Position numbers and translations under genes: made by a program. A stretch of 64,000 nucleotides of DNA. Source: Eledone cirrhosa. Taxonomy: Eukaryota. Each line of letters opens with the position of its first letter. Position 1 is the stretch's first letter. Shown here piece after piece: positions 1 through 12,220 of the stretch. Below the pieces are notes generated by a model. That model was not told where the DNA came from and did not search any database. It saw nothing but the letters and a program-made list of their open reading frames with translations. Where the stretch lies: contig OZ024742.1 in NCBI GenBank assembly GCA_964016885.1, positions 168,764,001 to 168,828,000 on the forward strand. Reading direction: 5' to 3'.

Positions 1-301
1 GCTGGAAATTATCTCCCCTTGGACGGCTAGATATTACCTCCCCTTGGACGGCTGGAAATTATCTCCCCTTGATTTTTTTTACAAATTATCTCCCCCTGAT
101 TTTTTTTTACAAATTATCTCCCCCTGATTTTTTTTTACAAATTATCTACCCCTGATTTTTTTTTACAAATTATCTCCCCCTGATTTTTTTACAAATTATC
201 TCTCCCTGATTTTTTTTACAAATTATCTCCCCCTGATTTTTTTTACAAATTATCTACCCCTGATTTTTTTTTACAAATTATCTCCCCCTGATTTTTTTTA
301 C

Positions 302-328
302 AAATTATCTCCCCCTGATTTTTTTTAC
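302..328 (+). repeat. Representative monomer B (AAATTATCTCCCCCTGATTTTTTTTAC, 27 bp; T tract varies 7-10)
   Basis: Read directly from the sequence. Occurs in tandem runs of 1 to ~14 copies throughout the window. Confidence 0.98.
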
Positions 329-381
329 AAATTATCTCCCCCTGATTTTTTTACAAATTATCTCCCCCCGATTTTTTTTAC

Positions 382-482
382 AAATTATCTCCGCCTAATT
401 TTTTTAAATATTATCTTCCCTTGGCTGGCGGGAAATTATCTCCCCTTGGACGGCTGAAAATTATCTCCCCTTGGACGGCTGG
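382..482 (+). repeat. Representative recurrent linker module: CTCCGCCT(A/G)ATTTTTTTAAATATTATCTTCCCTTGGCTGGCGGG followed by two A monomers
   Basis: The same module recurs near 2,015, 3,200, 5,135, 6,850, 7,450, 8,115 and onward to ~62,960, at spacings of a few hundred bp to ~1.8 kb. Confidence 0.92.
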
Positions 483-1100
483 AAATTATCTGCCCTTGAT
501 TTTTTTACAAATTATCTCCCCCTGATTATTTTTTACAAATTATCTCCCCCTGATTTTTTTTTACAAATTATCTCCCTCTGATTTTTTTTACAAATTATCT
601 CCCCTTGGCAGGCTGGAAATTATCTCCCCTTGGAGGCTGGAATTTATCTGCCCTTGGACGGTTAGAAATTACCTCTCCTTGGACGGCTGGAAAATATGTC
701 TCCTTGGACGGCTGGAAATTATCTCCCCTGGGACGGCTGGAAATTATCTCCCCTTGGACGGCTGGAAATTATCTCTCCTCGGACGACTAGAAATTACCTC
801 TCCTTGGACAGCTGAAAATTATCTCCTCTTGGACGGCTGGAAATTATCTCCCCCTGATTTTTTTTTACAAATTATCTCCCCCTGATTTTATTTTACAAAT
901 TATCTCCCCCTGATTTTTTTTACAAATTATCTCCCCCTGATATTTTTTACAAATTATCTCCCCCTGATTTTTTTACAAATTATCTCCCCTTGGCTGGCTG
1001 GAAATTATCTCCCCTTGGAGGCTGGAATTTATCTCCCCTTGGACGGCTAGAAATTACCTCGCCTTGGACGGCTGGAAAATATGTCTCCTTGGACGGCTGG

Positions 1101-1125
1101 AAATTATCTCCCCTTGGACGGCTGG
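1101..1125 (+). repeat. Representative monomer A (AAATTATCTCCCCTTGGACGGCTGG, 25 bp)
   Basis: Read directly from the sequence. Occurs in tandem runs of 1 to ~12 copies with position-specific variants (GCTAG, GCTGA, TTACCTC, ATATGTCTC, GATATT). Confidence 0.98.
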
Positions 1126-4100
1126 AAATTATCTCCCCTTGGACGGCTGGATATTATCTACCCTTGGACGGCTAGATATTACCTCCCCTTGGACGGCTGG
1201 AAATTATCTCCCCTTGATTTTTTTTACAAATTATCTCCCCCTGATTTTTTTTTACAAATTATCTCCCCCTGATTTTTTTTTACAAATTATCTACCCCTGA
1301 TTTTTTTTACAAATTATCTCCCCCTGATTTTTTTTACAAATTATCTCTCCCTGATTTTTTTTTACAAATTATCTCCCCCTGATTTTTTTTTACAAATTAT
1401 CTACCCCTGATTTCTTTTTACAAATTATCTCCCCCTGATTTTTTTTACAAATTATCTCTCCCTGATTTTTTTTTACAAATTATCTCCCCCTGATTTTTTT
1501 TTACAAATTATCTACCCCTGATTTTTTTTTACAAATTATCTCCCCCTGATTTTTTTTACAATCTCCGCCTGATTTTTTTAAAAATTATCTTCCCTTGGCT
1601 GGCGGGAAATTATCTCCCCTTGGACGGCTGGAAATTATATCCCCTTGGAAGGATGGAAATTATCTCCCCTTGGACGGCTGGAAATTATCTCCCCTTGGAC
1701 GGCTGGAAATTACCTCCCCTTGGACAGCTGGAAATTATCTGCCCTTGATTTTGTTTTTACAAATTATCTCCCCCTGATTTTTTTTACAAATTATCTCCAC
1801 CTGATTTTTTAAAAAATTATCTCCCCTTGGACGGCTGGAAATTATCTCCCCTTGATTTTTTTACAAATTATCTCCCCCTGATTTTTTTTACAAATTATCT
1901 CCCCCTGATTTTTTTTTTACAAATTATCTCCCCCTGATTTTTTTACAAATTATCTCCCCCTGATTTTTTTTACAAATTATCTCCGCCTGATTTTTTTAAA
2001 TATTATCTTCCCTTGGCTGGCGGGAAATTATCTCCCCTTGGAAGGCTGAAAATTATCTCCCCTTGGACGGCTGGAAATTATCTCCCCTTGATTTTTTTAC
2101 AAATTATCTCCCCCTGATTTTTTTTTACAAATTATCTCCCCCTGATTTTTTTTTACAAATTATCTCCCCCTGATTTTTTTTTACAAATTATCTGCCCCTG
2201 ATTTTTTTTACAAATTATCACCCCCTGATTTTTTTACAAATTATCTCCCCTTGGCTGGCTGGAAATTATCTCCCCTTGGAGGCTGGAATTTATCTCCCCT
2301 TGGACGGCTAGAAATTACCTCTCCTTGGACGGCTGGAAAATATTTCTCCTTGGACGGCTGGATATTATCTACCCTTGGACGGCTAGATATTACCTCCCCT
2401 TGGACGGCTGGAACTTATCTCCCCTTGATTTTTTTTACAAATTATCTCCCCCTGATTTTTTTTTTACAAATTATCTCCCCCTGATTTTTTTACAAATTAT
2501 CTCCCCCTGATTTTTTTTACAAATTATCTCCGCCTGATTTTTTTAAATATTATCTTCTCTTGGCTGGCGGGAAATTATCTCCCCTTGGACGGCTGAAAAT
2601 TATCTCACCTTGGACGGCTGGAAATTATCTCCCCTTGATTTTTTTTACAAATTATCTCCCCCTGATTTTATTTTACAAATTATCTCCCCCTGATTTTTTT
2701 TACAAATTATCTCCCCCTGATATTTTTTACAAATTATCTCCCCCTGATTTTTTTACAAATTATCTCCCCTTGGCTGGCTGGAAATTATCTCCCCTTGGAC
2801 GGCTAGATATTACCTCCCCTTGGACGGCTGGAAATTATCTCCCCTTGATTTTTTTTACAAATTATCTCCCCCTGATTTTTTTTTACAAATTATCTCCCCC
2901 TGATTTTTTTTTACAAATTATCTACCCCTGATTTTTTTTTACAAATTATCTCCCCCTGATTTTTTTACAAATTATCTCTCCCTGATTTTTTTTTACAAAT
3001 TATCTCCCCCTGATTTTTTTTACAAATTATCTACCCCTGATTTTTTTTTACAAATTATCTCCCCCTGATTTTTTTTACAAATTATCTCCCCCTGATTTTT
3101 TTTACAAATTATCTCCCCCTGATTTTTTTACAAATTATCTCCCCCCGATTTTTTTTACAAATTATCTCCGCCTAATTTTTTTAAATATTATCTTCCCTTG
3201 GCTGGCGGGAAATTATCTCCCCTTGGACGGCTGAAAATTATCTCCCCTTGGACGGCTGGAAATTATCTGCCCTTGATTTTTTTACAAATTATCTCCCCCT
3301 GATTATTTTTTACAAATTATCTCCCCCTGATTTTTTTTTACAAATTATCTCCCTCTGATTTTTTTTACAAATTATCTCCCCTTGGCAGGCTGGAAATTAT
3401 CTCCCCTTGGAGGCTGGAATTTATCTGCCCTTGGACGGTTAGAAATTACCTCTCCTTGGACGGCTGGAAAATATGTCTCCTTGGACGGCTGGAAATTATC
3501 TCCCCTGGGACGGCTGGAAATTATCTCCCCTTGGACGGCTGGAAATTATCTCTCCTCGGACGACTAGAAATTACCTCTCCTTGGACAGCTGAAAATTATC
3601 TCCCCTTGGACGGCTGGAAATTATCTCCCCCTGATTTTTTTTTACAAATTATCTCCCCCTGATTTTATTTTACAAATTATCTCCCCCTGATTTTTTTTAC
3701 AAATTATCTCCCCCTGATATTTTTTACAAATTATCTCCCCCTGATTTTTTTACAAATTATCTCCCCTTGGCTGGCTGGAAATTATCTCCCCTTGGAGGCT
3801 GGAATTTATCTCCCCTTGGACGGCTAGAAATTAGCTCGCCTTGGACGGCTGGAAAATATGTCTCCTTGGACGGCTGGAAATTATCTCCCCTTGGACGGCT
3901 GGAAATTATCTCCCCTTGGACGGCTGGATATTATCTACCCTTGGACGGCTAGATATTACCTCCCCTTGGACGGCTGGAAATTATCTCCCCTTGATTTTTT
4001 TTACAAATTATCTCCCCCTGATTTTTTTTTACAAATTATCTCCCCCTGATTTTTTTTTACAAATTATCTACCCCTGATTTTTTTTACAAATTATCTCCCC

Positions 4101-5039
4101 CTGATTTTTTTTACAAATTATCTCTCCCTGATTTTTTTTTACAAATTATCTCCCCCTGATTTTTTTTTACAAATTATCTACGCCTGATTTTTTTTTACAA
4201 ATTATCTCCCCCTGATTTTTTTTACAAATTATCTCCCCCTGATTTTTTTACAAATTATCTCCCCCCGATTTTTTTTACAAATTATCTCCGCCTAATTTTT
4301 TTAAATATTATCTTCCCTTGGCTGGCGGGAAATTATCTCCCCTTGGACGGCTGGAAATTATCTCCCCTTGGACGGCTGGAAATTATCTCTCCTCGGACGA
4401 CTAGAAATTACCTCTCCTTGGACAGCTGAAAATTATCTCCCCTTGGACGGCTGGAAATTATCTCCCCCTGATTTTTTTTTACAAATTATCTCCCCCTGAT
4501 TTTTTTTTACAAATTATCTCCCCCTGATTTTTTTTACAAATTATCTACCCCTGATATTTTTTACAAATTATCTCCCCCTGATTTTTTTACAAATTATCTC
4601 CCCTTGGCTGGCTGGAAATTATCTCCCCTTGGAGGCTGGAATTTATCTCCCCTTGGACGGCTAGAAATTACCTCGCCTTGGACGGCTGGAAAATATGTCT
4701 CCTTGGACGGCTGGAAATTATCTCCCCTTGGACGGCTGGAAATTACCTCCCCTTGGACGGCTGGAAATTATCTCCCCTTGATTTTTTTTACAAATTATCT
4801 CCCCCTGATTTTTTTTTACAAATTATCTCCCCCTGATTTTTTTTTACAAATTATCTACCCCTGATTTTTTTTTACAAATTATCTCCCCCTGATTTTTTTT
4901 ACAAATTATCTCTCCCTGATTTTTTTTTACAAATTATCTCCCCCTGATTTTTTTTTACAAATTATCTACCCCTGATTTTTTTTTACAAATTATCTCCCCC
5001 TGATTTTTTTTACAAATTATCTCCCCCTGATTTTTTTTA

Positions 5040-8000
5040 CAAATTATCTCCCCCTGATTTTTTTACAAATTATCTCCCCCCGATTTTTTTTACAAATTAT
5101 CTCCGCCTAATTTTTTTAAATATTATCTTCCCTTGGCTGGCGGGAAATTATCTCCCCTTGGACGGCTGAAAATTATCTCCCCTTGGACGGCTGGAAATTA
5201 TCTCCCCTTGATTTTTTTACAAATTATCTCCCCCTGATTATTTTTTACAAATTATCTCCCCCTGATTTTTTTTTACAAATTATCTCCCTCTGATTTTTTT
5301 TACAAATTATCTCCCCTTGGCTGGCTGGAAATTATCTCCCCTTGGAGGCTGGAATTTGTCTCCCCTTGGACGGTTAGAAATTACCTCTCCTTGGACTGCT
5401 GGAAAATATGTCTCCTTGGACGGCTGGAAATTATCTCCCCTGGGACGGCTGGAAATTATCTCCCCTTGGACGGCTGGAAATTATCTCTCCTCGGACGACT
5501 AGAAATTACCTCTCCTTGGACAGCTGAAAATTATCTCCCTTTGGACGGCTGGAAATTATCTCCCCTTGATTTTTTTTACAAATTATCTCCCCCTGATTTT
5601 TTTTTACAAATTATCTCCCCCTGATTTTATTTTACAAATTATCTCCCCCTGATTTTTTTACAAATTATCTCCCCCCGATATTTTTTACAAATTATCTCCC
5701 CCTGATTTTTTTACAAATTATCTCCCCTTGGCTGGCTGGAAATTATCTCCCCTTGGAGGCTGGAATTTATCTCCCCTTGGACGGCTAGAAATTACCTCGC
5801 CTTGGACGGCTGGAAAATATGTCTCCTTGGACGGCTGGAAATTATCTCCCCTTGGACGGCTGGAAATTATCTCCCCTTGGACGGCTGGAAATTATCTCCC
5901 CTTGGACGGCTAGATATTACCTCCCCTTGGACGGCTGGAAATTATCTCCCCTTGATTTTTTTTACAAATTATCTCCCCCTGATTTTTTTTTACAAATTAT
6001 CTCCCTGATTTTTTTTTACGAATTATCTCCCCCTGATTTTTTTTTACAAATTATCTCCGCCTGATTTTTTTTAAAAAATTATCTCCCCTTGAACGGCTGG
6101 AAATTATCTCCCCTTGGACGGCTGGAAATTATCTCCCCTTGGACGGCTAGAAATTACCTCTCCTTGGACGGCTGAAAATTATCTCCCCTTGGACGGCTGC
6201 AAATTATCTCCCCTTGATTTTTTAACAAATTATCTCCCCCTGATTTTTTTTTACAAATTATCTCCCCCTGATTTTTTTTTACAAATTATCTACGCCTAAG
6301 TTTTTTTACAAATTATCTCCCCCTGATTTTTTTTTACAAATTATCTCCCCCTGATTTTTTTTACAAATTATCTCCCCCTGATTTTTTTTACAAATTATTT
6401 CCCCCTGATTTTTTTACAAATTATCTCCCCCCTGATTTTTTTTACAATCTCCGCCTGATTTTTTAAAAAATTATCTTCCCTTGGCTGGCGGGAAATTATC
6501 TCCCCTTGGACGGCTGGAAATTATATCCCCTTGGACGGCTGGAAATTACCTCCCCTTGGACAGCTGGAAATTATCTGCCCTTGATTTTGTTTTTACAAAT
6601 TATCTCCCCCTGATTTTTATTACAAATTATCTCCACCTGATTTTTTAAAAAATTATCTCCCCTTGGACGGCTGGAAATTATCTCCCCTTGATTTTTTTAC
6701 AAATTATCTCCCCCTGATTTTTTTTACAAATTATCTCCCCCTGATTTTTTTTTTACAAATTATCTCCCCCTGATTTTTTTACAAATTATCTCCCCCTGAT
6801 TTTTTTTACAAATTATCTCCGCCTGATTTTTTTAAATATTATCTTCCCTTGGCTGGCGGGAAATTATCTCCCCTTGGACGGCTGAAAATTATCTCCCCTT
6901 GGACGGCTGGAAATTATCTCCCCTTGATTTTTTTTACAAATTATCTCCCCCTGATTTTTTTTTACAAATTATCTCCCCCTGATTTTTTTTTACAAATTAT
7001 CTCCCCCTGATTTTTTTTTACAAATTATCTGCCCCTGATTTTTTTTACAAATTATCTCCCCCTGATTTTTTTACAAATTATCTCCCCTTGGCTGGCTGGA
7101 AATGATCTCCCCTTGGAGGCTGGAATTTATCTCCCCTTGGACGGCTAGAAATTACCTCTCCTTGGACGGCTGGAAAATATTTCTCCTTGGACGGCTGGAT
7201 ATTATCTACCCTTGGACGGGTGGAAATTATCTCCCCTTGGACGGCTGGAAATTATCTCCCCTTGGACGGCTAGATATTACCTCCCCTTGGACGGCTGGAA
7301 ATAATCTCCCCTTGATTTTTTTTACAAATTATCTCCCCCTGATTTTTTTTTTACAAATTATCTCCCCCTGATTTTTTTACAAATTATCTCCCCCTGATTT
7401 TTTTTACAAATTATCTCCGCCTGATTTTTTTAAATATTATCTTCCCTTGGCTGGCGGGAAATTATCTCCCCTTGGACGGCTGAAAATTATCTCCCCTTGG
7501 ACGGCTGGAAATTATCTCCCCTTGATTTTTTTTACAAATTATCTCCCCCTGATTATTTTTTACAAATTATCTTTCCCTGATTTTTTTTTACAAATTATCT
7601 CCCCCTGATTTTTTTTACAAATTATCTCCCCCTGATTTTTTTACAAATTATCTCCCCTTGGCTGGCTGGAAATTATCTCCCCTTGGTGGCTGGAATTTAT
7701 CTCCCCTTGGACGGCTGGAAATTATCTCTCCTTGGACGGCTAGTAATTACCTCTCCTTGGACGGCTGGAAAATATGTCTCGTTGGAGGGCTGGAAATTAT
7801 CTCCCCTTGGACGGCTGGAAATTATCTCCCCTTGGACGGCTGGAAATTATCTCTCCTTGGGCGGCTAGAAATTACCTCTCCTTGGACGGCTGAAAATTAT
7901 CTCTCCTTGGACGGCTGGAAATTATCTCCCCTTGGACGGCTAGATATTACCTCCCCTTGGACGGCTGGAAATTATCTCCCCTTGATTTTTTTTACAAATT

Positions 8001-11000
8001 ATCTCCCCCTGATTTTTTTTACAAATTATCTACACCTGATTTTTTTACAAATTATCTCCCCCTGATTTTTTTTACAAATTATCTCCGCCTAATTTTTTTA
8101 AATATTATCTTCCCTTGGCTGGCGGGAAATTATCTCCCCTTGGACGGCTGAAAATTATCTCCCCTTGGACGGCTGGAAATTATCTCCCCTTGATTTTTTT
8201 TACAAATTATCTCCCCCTGATTTTTTTTTACAAATTATCTCCCCCTGATTTTTTTTTACAAATTATCTCCCCCTGATTTTTTTTACAAATTATCTCCCCC
8301 TGATATTTTTTACAAATTATCTCCCCCTGATTTTTTTACAAATTATCTCCCCTTGGCTGGCTGGAAATTATCTCCCCTTGGAGGCTGGAATTTATCTCCC
8401 CTTGGACGGCTAGAAATTACCTCGCCTTGGACGGCTGGAAAATATGTCTCCTTGGACGGCTGGAAATTATCTCCCCTTGGACGGCTGGAAATTATCTCCC
8501 CTTGGACGGCTGGATATTATCTACCCTTGGACGGCTAGATATTACCTCCCCTTGGACGGCTGGAAATTATCTCCCCTTGATTTTTTTTACAAATTATCTC
8601 CCCCTGATTTTTTTTTACAAATTATCTCCCCTTGATTTTTTTTTACAAATTATCTACCCCTGATTTTTTTTTACAAATTATCTCCCCCTGATTTTTTTTA
8701 CAAATTATCTCTCCCTGATTTTTTTTTACAAATTATCTCCCCCTGATTTTTTTTTACAAATTATCTACCCCTGATTTTTTTTTACAAATTATCTCCCCCT
8801 GATTTTTTTTACAAATTATCTCCCCCTGATTTTTTTACAAATTATCTCCCCCCGATTTTTTTTACAAATTATCTCCGCCTAATTTTTTTAAATATTATCT
8901 TCCCTTGGCTGGCGGGAAATTATCTCCCCTTGGACGGCTGAAAATTATCTCCCCTTGGACGGCTGGAAATTATCTCCCCTTGGAGGTTGGAATTTATCTC
9001 CCCTTGGACGGCTAGAAATTACCTCGCCTTGGATGGCTGGAAAATATGTCTCCTTGGACGGCTGGAAATTATCTCCCCTTGGACGGCTGGAAATTATCTC
9101 CCCTTGGACGGCTAGATATTACCTCCCCTTGGACGGCTGGAAATTATCTCCCCTTGATTTTTTTTACAAATTATCTCCCCCTGATTTTTTTTTACAAATT
9201 ATCTCCCCCTGATTTTTTTTTACAAATTATCTACCCCTGATTTTTTTTTACAAATTATCTCCCCCTGATTTTTTTTACAAATTATCTCCCCCTGATTTTT
9301 TTTAAAAATTATCTCCCCCTGATTTTTTTACAAATTATCTCCCCCCGATTTTTTTTACAAATTATCTCCGCCTAATTTTTTTAAATATTATCTTCCCTTG
9401 GCTGGCGGGAAATTATCTCCCCTTGGACGGCTGAAAATTATCTCCCCTTGGACGGCTGGAAATTATCTCCCCTTGATTTTTTTACAAATTATCTCCCCCT
9501 GATTATTTTTTACAAATTATCTCCCCCTGATTTTTTTTTACAAATTATCTCCCCTTGGCTAGCTGGAAATTATCTCCCCTTGGAGGCTGGAATTTATCTC
9601 CCCTTGGACGGTTAGAAATTACCTCTCCTTGGACTGCTGGAAAATATGTCTCCTTGGACGGCTGGAAATTATCTCCCCTGGGACGGCTGGAAATTATCTC
9701 CCCTTGGACGGCTGGAAATTATCTCTCCTCGGACGACTAGAAATTACCTCTCCTTGGACAGTTGAAAATTATCTCCCCTTGGACGGCTGGAAATTATCTC
9801 CCCTTGATTTTTTTTACAAATTATCTCCCCCTGATTTTTTTTTACAAATTATCTCCCCCTGATTTTATTTTACAAATTATCTCCCCCTGATTTTTTTTAC
9901 AAATTATCTCCCCCTGATATTTTTTACAAATTATCTCCCCCTGATTTTTTTACAAATTATCTCCCCTTGGCTGGCTGGAAATTATCTCCCCTTGGAGGCT
10001 GGAATTTATCTCCCCTTGGACGGCTAGAAATTACCTCGCCTTGGACGGCTGGAAAATATGTCTCCTTGGACGGCTGGAAATTATCTCCCCTTGGACGGCT
10101 GGAAATTATCTCCCCTTGGACGGCTGGAAATTATCTCCCCTTGGACGGCTAGATATTACCTCCCCTTGGACGGCTGGAAATTATCTCCCCTTGATTTTTT
10201 TTACAAATTATCTCCCCCTGATTTTTTTTTACAAATCATCTCCCTGATTTTTTTTTACGAATTATCTCCCCATGATTTTTTTTTACAAATTATCTCCGCC
10301 TGATTTTTTTTTAAAAATTATCTCCCCTTGAACGGCTGGAAATTATCTCCCCTTGGACGGCTGGAAATTATCTCCCCTTGGACGGCTAAAAATTACCTCT
10401 CCTTGGACGGCTGAAAATTATCTCCCCTTGGACGGCTGCAAATTATCTCCCCTTGATTTTTTAACAAATTATCTCCCCCTGATTTTTTTTTACAAATTAT
10501 CTCCCCCTGATTTTTTTTTACAAATTATCTACGCCTAAGTTTTTTTACAAATTATCTCCCCCTGATTTTTTTTTACAAATTATCTCCCCCTGATTTTTTT
10601 TACAAATTATCTCCCCCTGATTTTTTTTTACAAATTATTTCCCCCTGATTTTTTTACAAATTATCTCCCCCCTGATTTTTTTTACAATCTCCGCCTGATT
10701 TTTTAAAAAATTATCTTCCCTTGGCTGGCGGGAAATTATCTCCCCTTGGACGGCTGGAAATTTTATCCCCTTGGACGGCTGGAAATTACCTCCCCTTGGA
10801 CAGCTGGAAATTATCTGCCCTTGATTTTGTTTTTACAAATTATCTCCCCCTGATTTTTTTTACAAATTATCTCCACCTGATTTTTTAAAAAATTATCTCC
10901 CCTTGGACGGCTGGAAATTATCTCCCCTTGATTTTTTTACAAATTATCTCCCCCTGATTTTTTTTACAAATTATCTCCCCCTGATTTTTTTTTTACAAAT

Positions 11001-12220
11001 TATCTCCCCCTGATTTTTTTACAAATTATCTCCCCCTGATTTTTTTTACAAATTATCTCCGCCTGATTTTTTTAAATATTATCTTCCCTTGGCTGGCGGG
11101 AAATTATCTCCCCTTGGACGGCTGAAAATTATCTCCCCTTGGACGGCTGGAAATTATCTCCCCTTGATTTTTTTTACAAATTATCTCCCCCTGATTTTTT
11201 TTTACAAATTATCTCCCCCTGATTTTTTTTTACAAATTATCTGCCCCTGATTTTTTTTACAAATTATCTCCCCCTGATTTTTTTACAAATTATCTCCCCT
11301 TGGCTGGCTGGAAATTATCTCCCCTTGGAGGCTGGAATTTATCTCCCCTTGGACGGCTAGAAATTACCTCTCCTTGGACGGCTGGAAAATATTTCTCCTT
11401 GGACGGCTGGATATTATCTACCCTTGGACGGGTGGAAATTATCTCCCCTTGGACGGCTGGAAATTATCTCCCCTTGGACGGCTAGATATTACCTCCCCTT
11501 GGACGGCTGGAAATTATCTCCCCTTGATTTTTTTTACAAATTATCTCCCCCTGATTTTTTTTTTACAAATTATCTCCCCCTGATTTTTTTACAAATTATC
11601 TCCCCCTGATTTTTTTTACAAATTATCTCCGCCTGATTTTTTTAAATATTATCTTCCCTTGGCTGGCGGGAAATTATCTCCCCTTGGACGGCTGAAAATT
11701 ATCTCCCCTTGGACGGCTGGAAATTATCTCCCCTTGATTTTTTTTACAAATTATCTCCCCCTGATTATTTTTTACAAATTATCTTTCCCTGATTTTTTTT
11801 TACAAATTATCTCCCCCTGATTTTTTTTACAAATTATCTCCCCCTGATTTTTTTACAAATTATCTCCTCTTGGCTGGCTGGAAATTATCTCCCCTTGGTG
11901 GCTGGAATTTATCTCCCCTTGGACGGCTGGAAATTATCTCTCCTTGGACGGCTAGTAATTACCTCTCCTTGGACGGCTGGAAAATATGTCTCGTTGGAGG
12001 GCTGGAAATTATCTCCCCTTGGACGGCTGGAAATTATCTCCCCTTGGACGGCTGGAAATTATCTCTCCTTGGACGGCTAGAAATTACCTCTCCTTGGACG
12101 GCTGAAAATTATCTCTCCTTGGACGGCTGGAAATTATCTCCCCTTGGACGGCTAGATATTACCTCCCCTTGGACGGCTGGAAATTATCTCCCCTTGATTT
12201 TTTTTACAAATTATCTCCCC
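5040..12220. repeat. Segmental duplication, offset ~4.21-4.24 kb (about 5,040-8,010 copied at about 9,280-12,220)
   Basis: ORF pairs 5317/9555 (4,238), 5728/9967 and 6114/10353 (4,239), 7658/11870 (4,212). The offset changes by whole B monomers. Confidence 0.85.

Larger units (their letters stand above)
1..4180. repeat. Segmental duplication, offset 2,776-2,777 bp (about 1-1,400 copied at about 2,777-4,180)
   Basis: ORF-track pairs 605/3382, 679/3456, 990/3767, 1064/3841 and 1081/3858 all differ by 2,777. Private variants TTGGCAGGCTGG and ATTTATCTGCCC occur in both copies. Confidence 0.9.

Noticed and set aside
60-400. G-quadruplex / i-motif from GGGG(G) / CCCC(C) tracts
   Set aside because: Tracts are separated by ~21-23 nt, well beyond canonical loop lengths, so stable intramolecular structures cannot be supported from sequence alone.
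424-431. Chi-like octamer GCTGGCGG (7/8 match to E. coli Chi GCTGGTGG) in the linker module
   Set aside because: A simple variant of the monomer tail GCTGGCTGG. Not an exact Chi, and there is no bacterial context.
1804-1817. Palindrome ATTTTTTAAAAAAT and T tracts as hairpins or intrinsic terminators
   Set aside because: The short AT-only palindrome arises from a C>A change at the B-run end. No GC stem precedes the T tracts and there are no genes to terminate.
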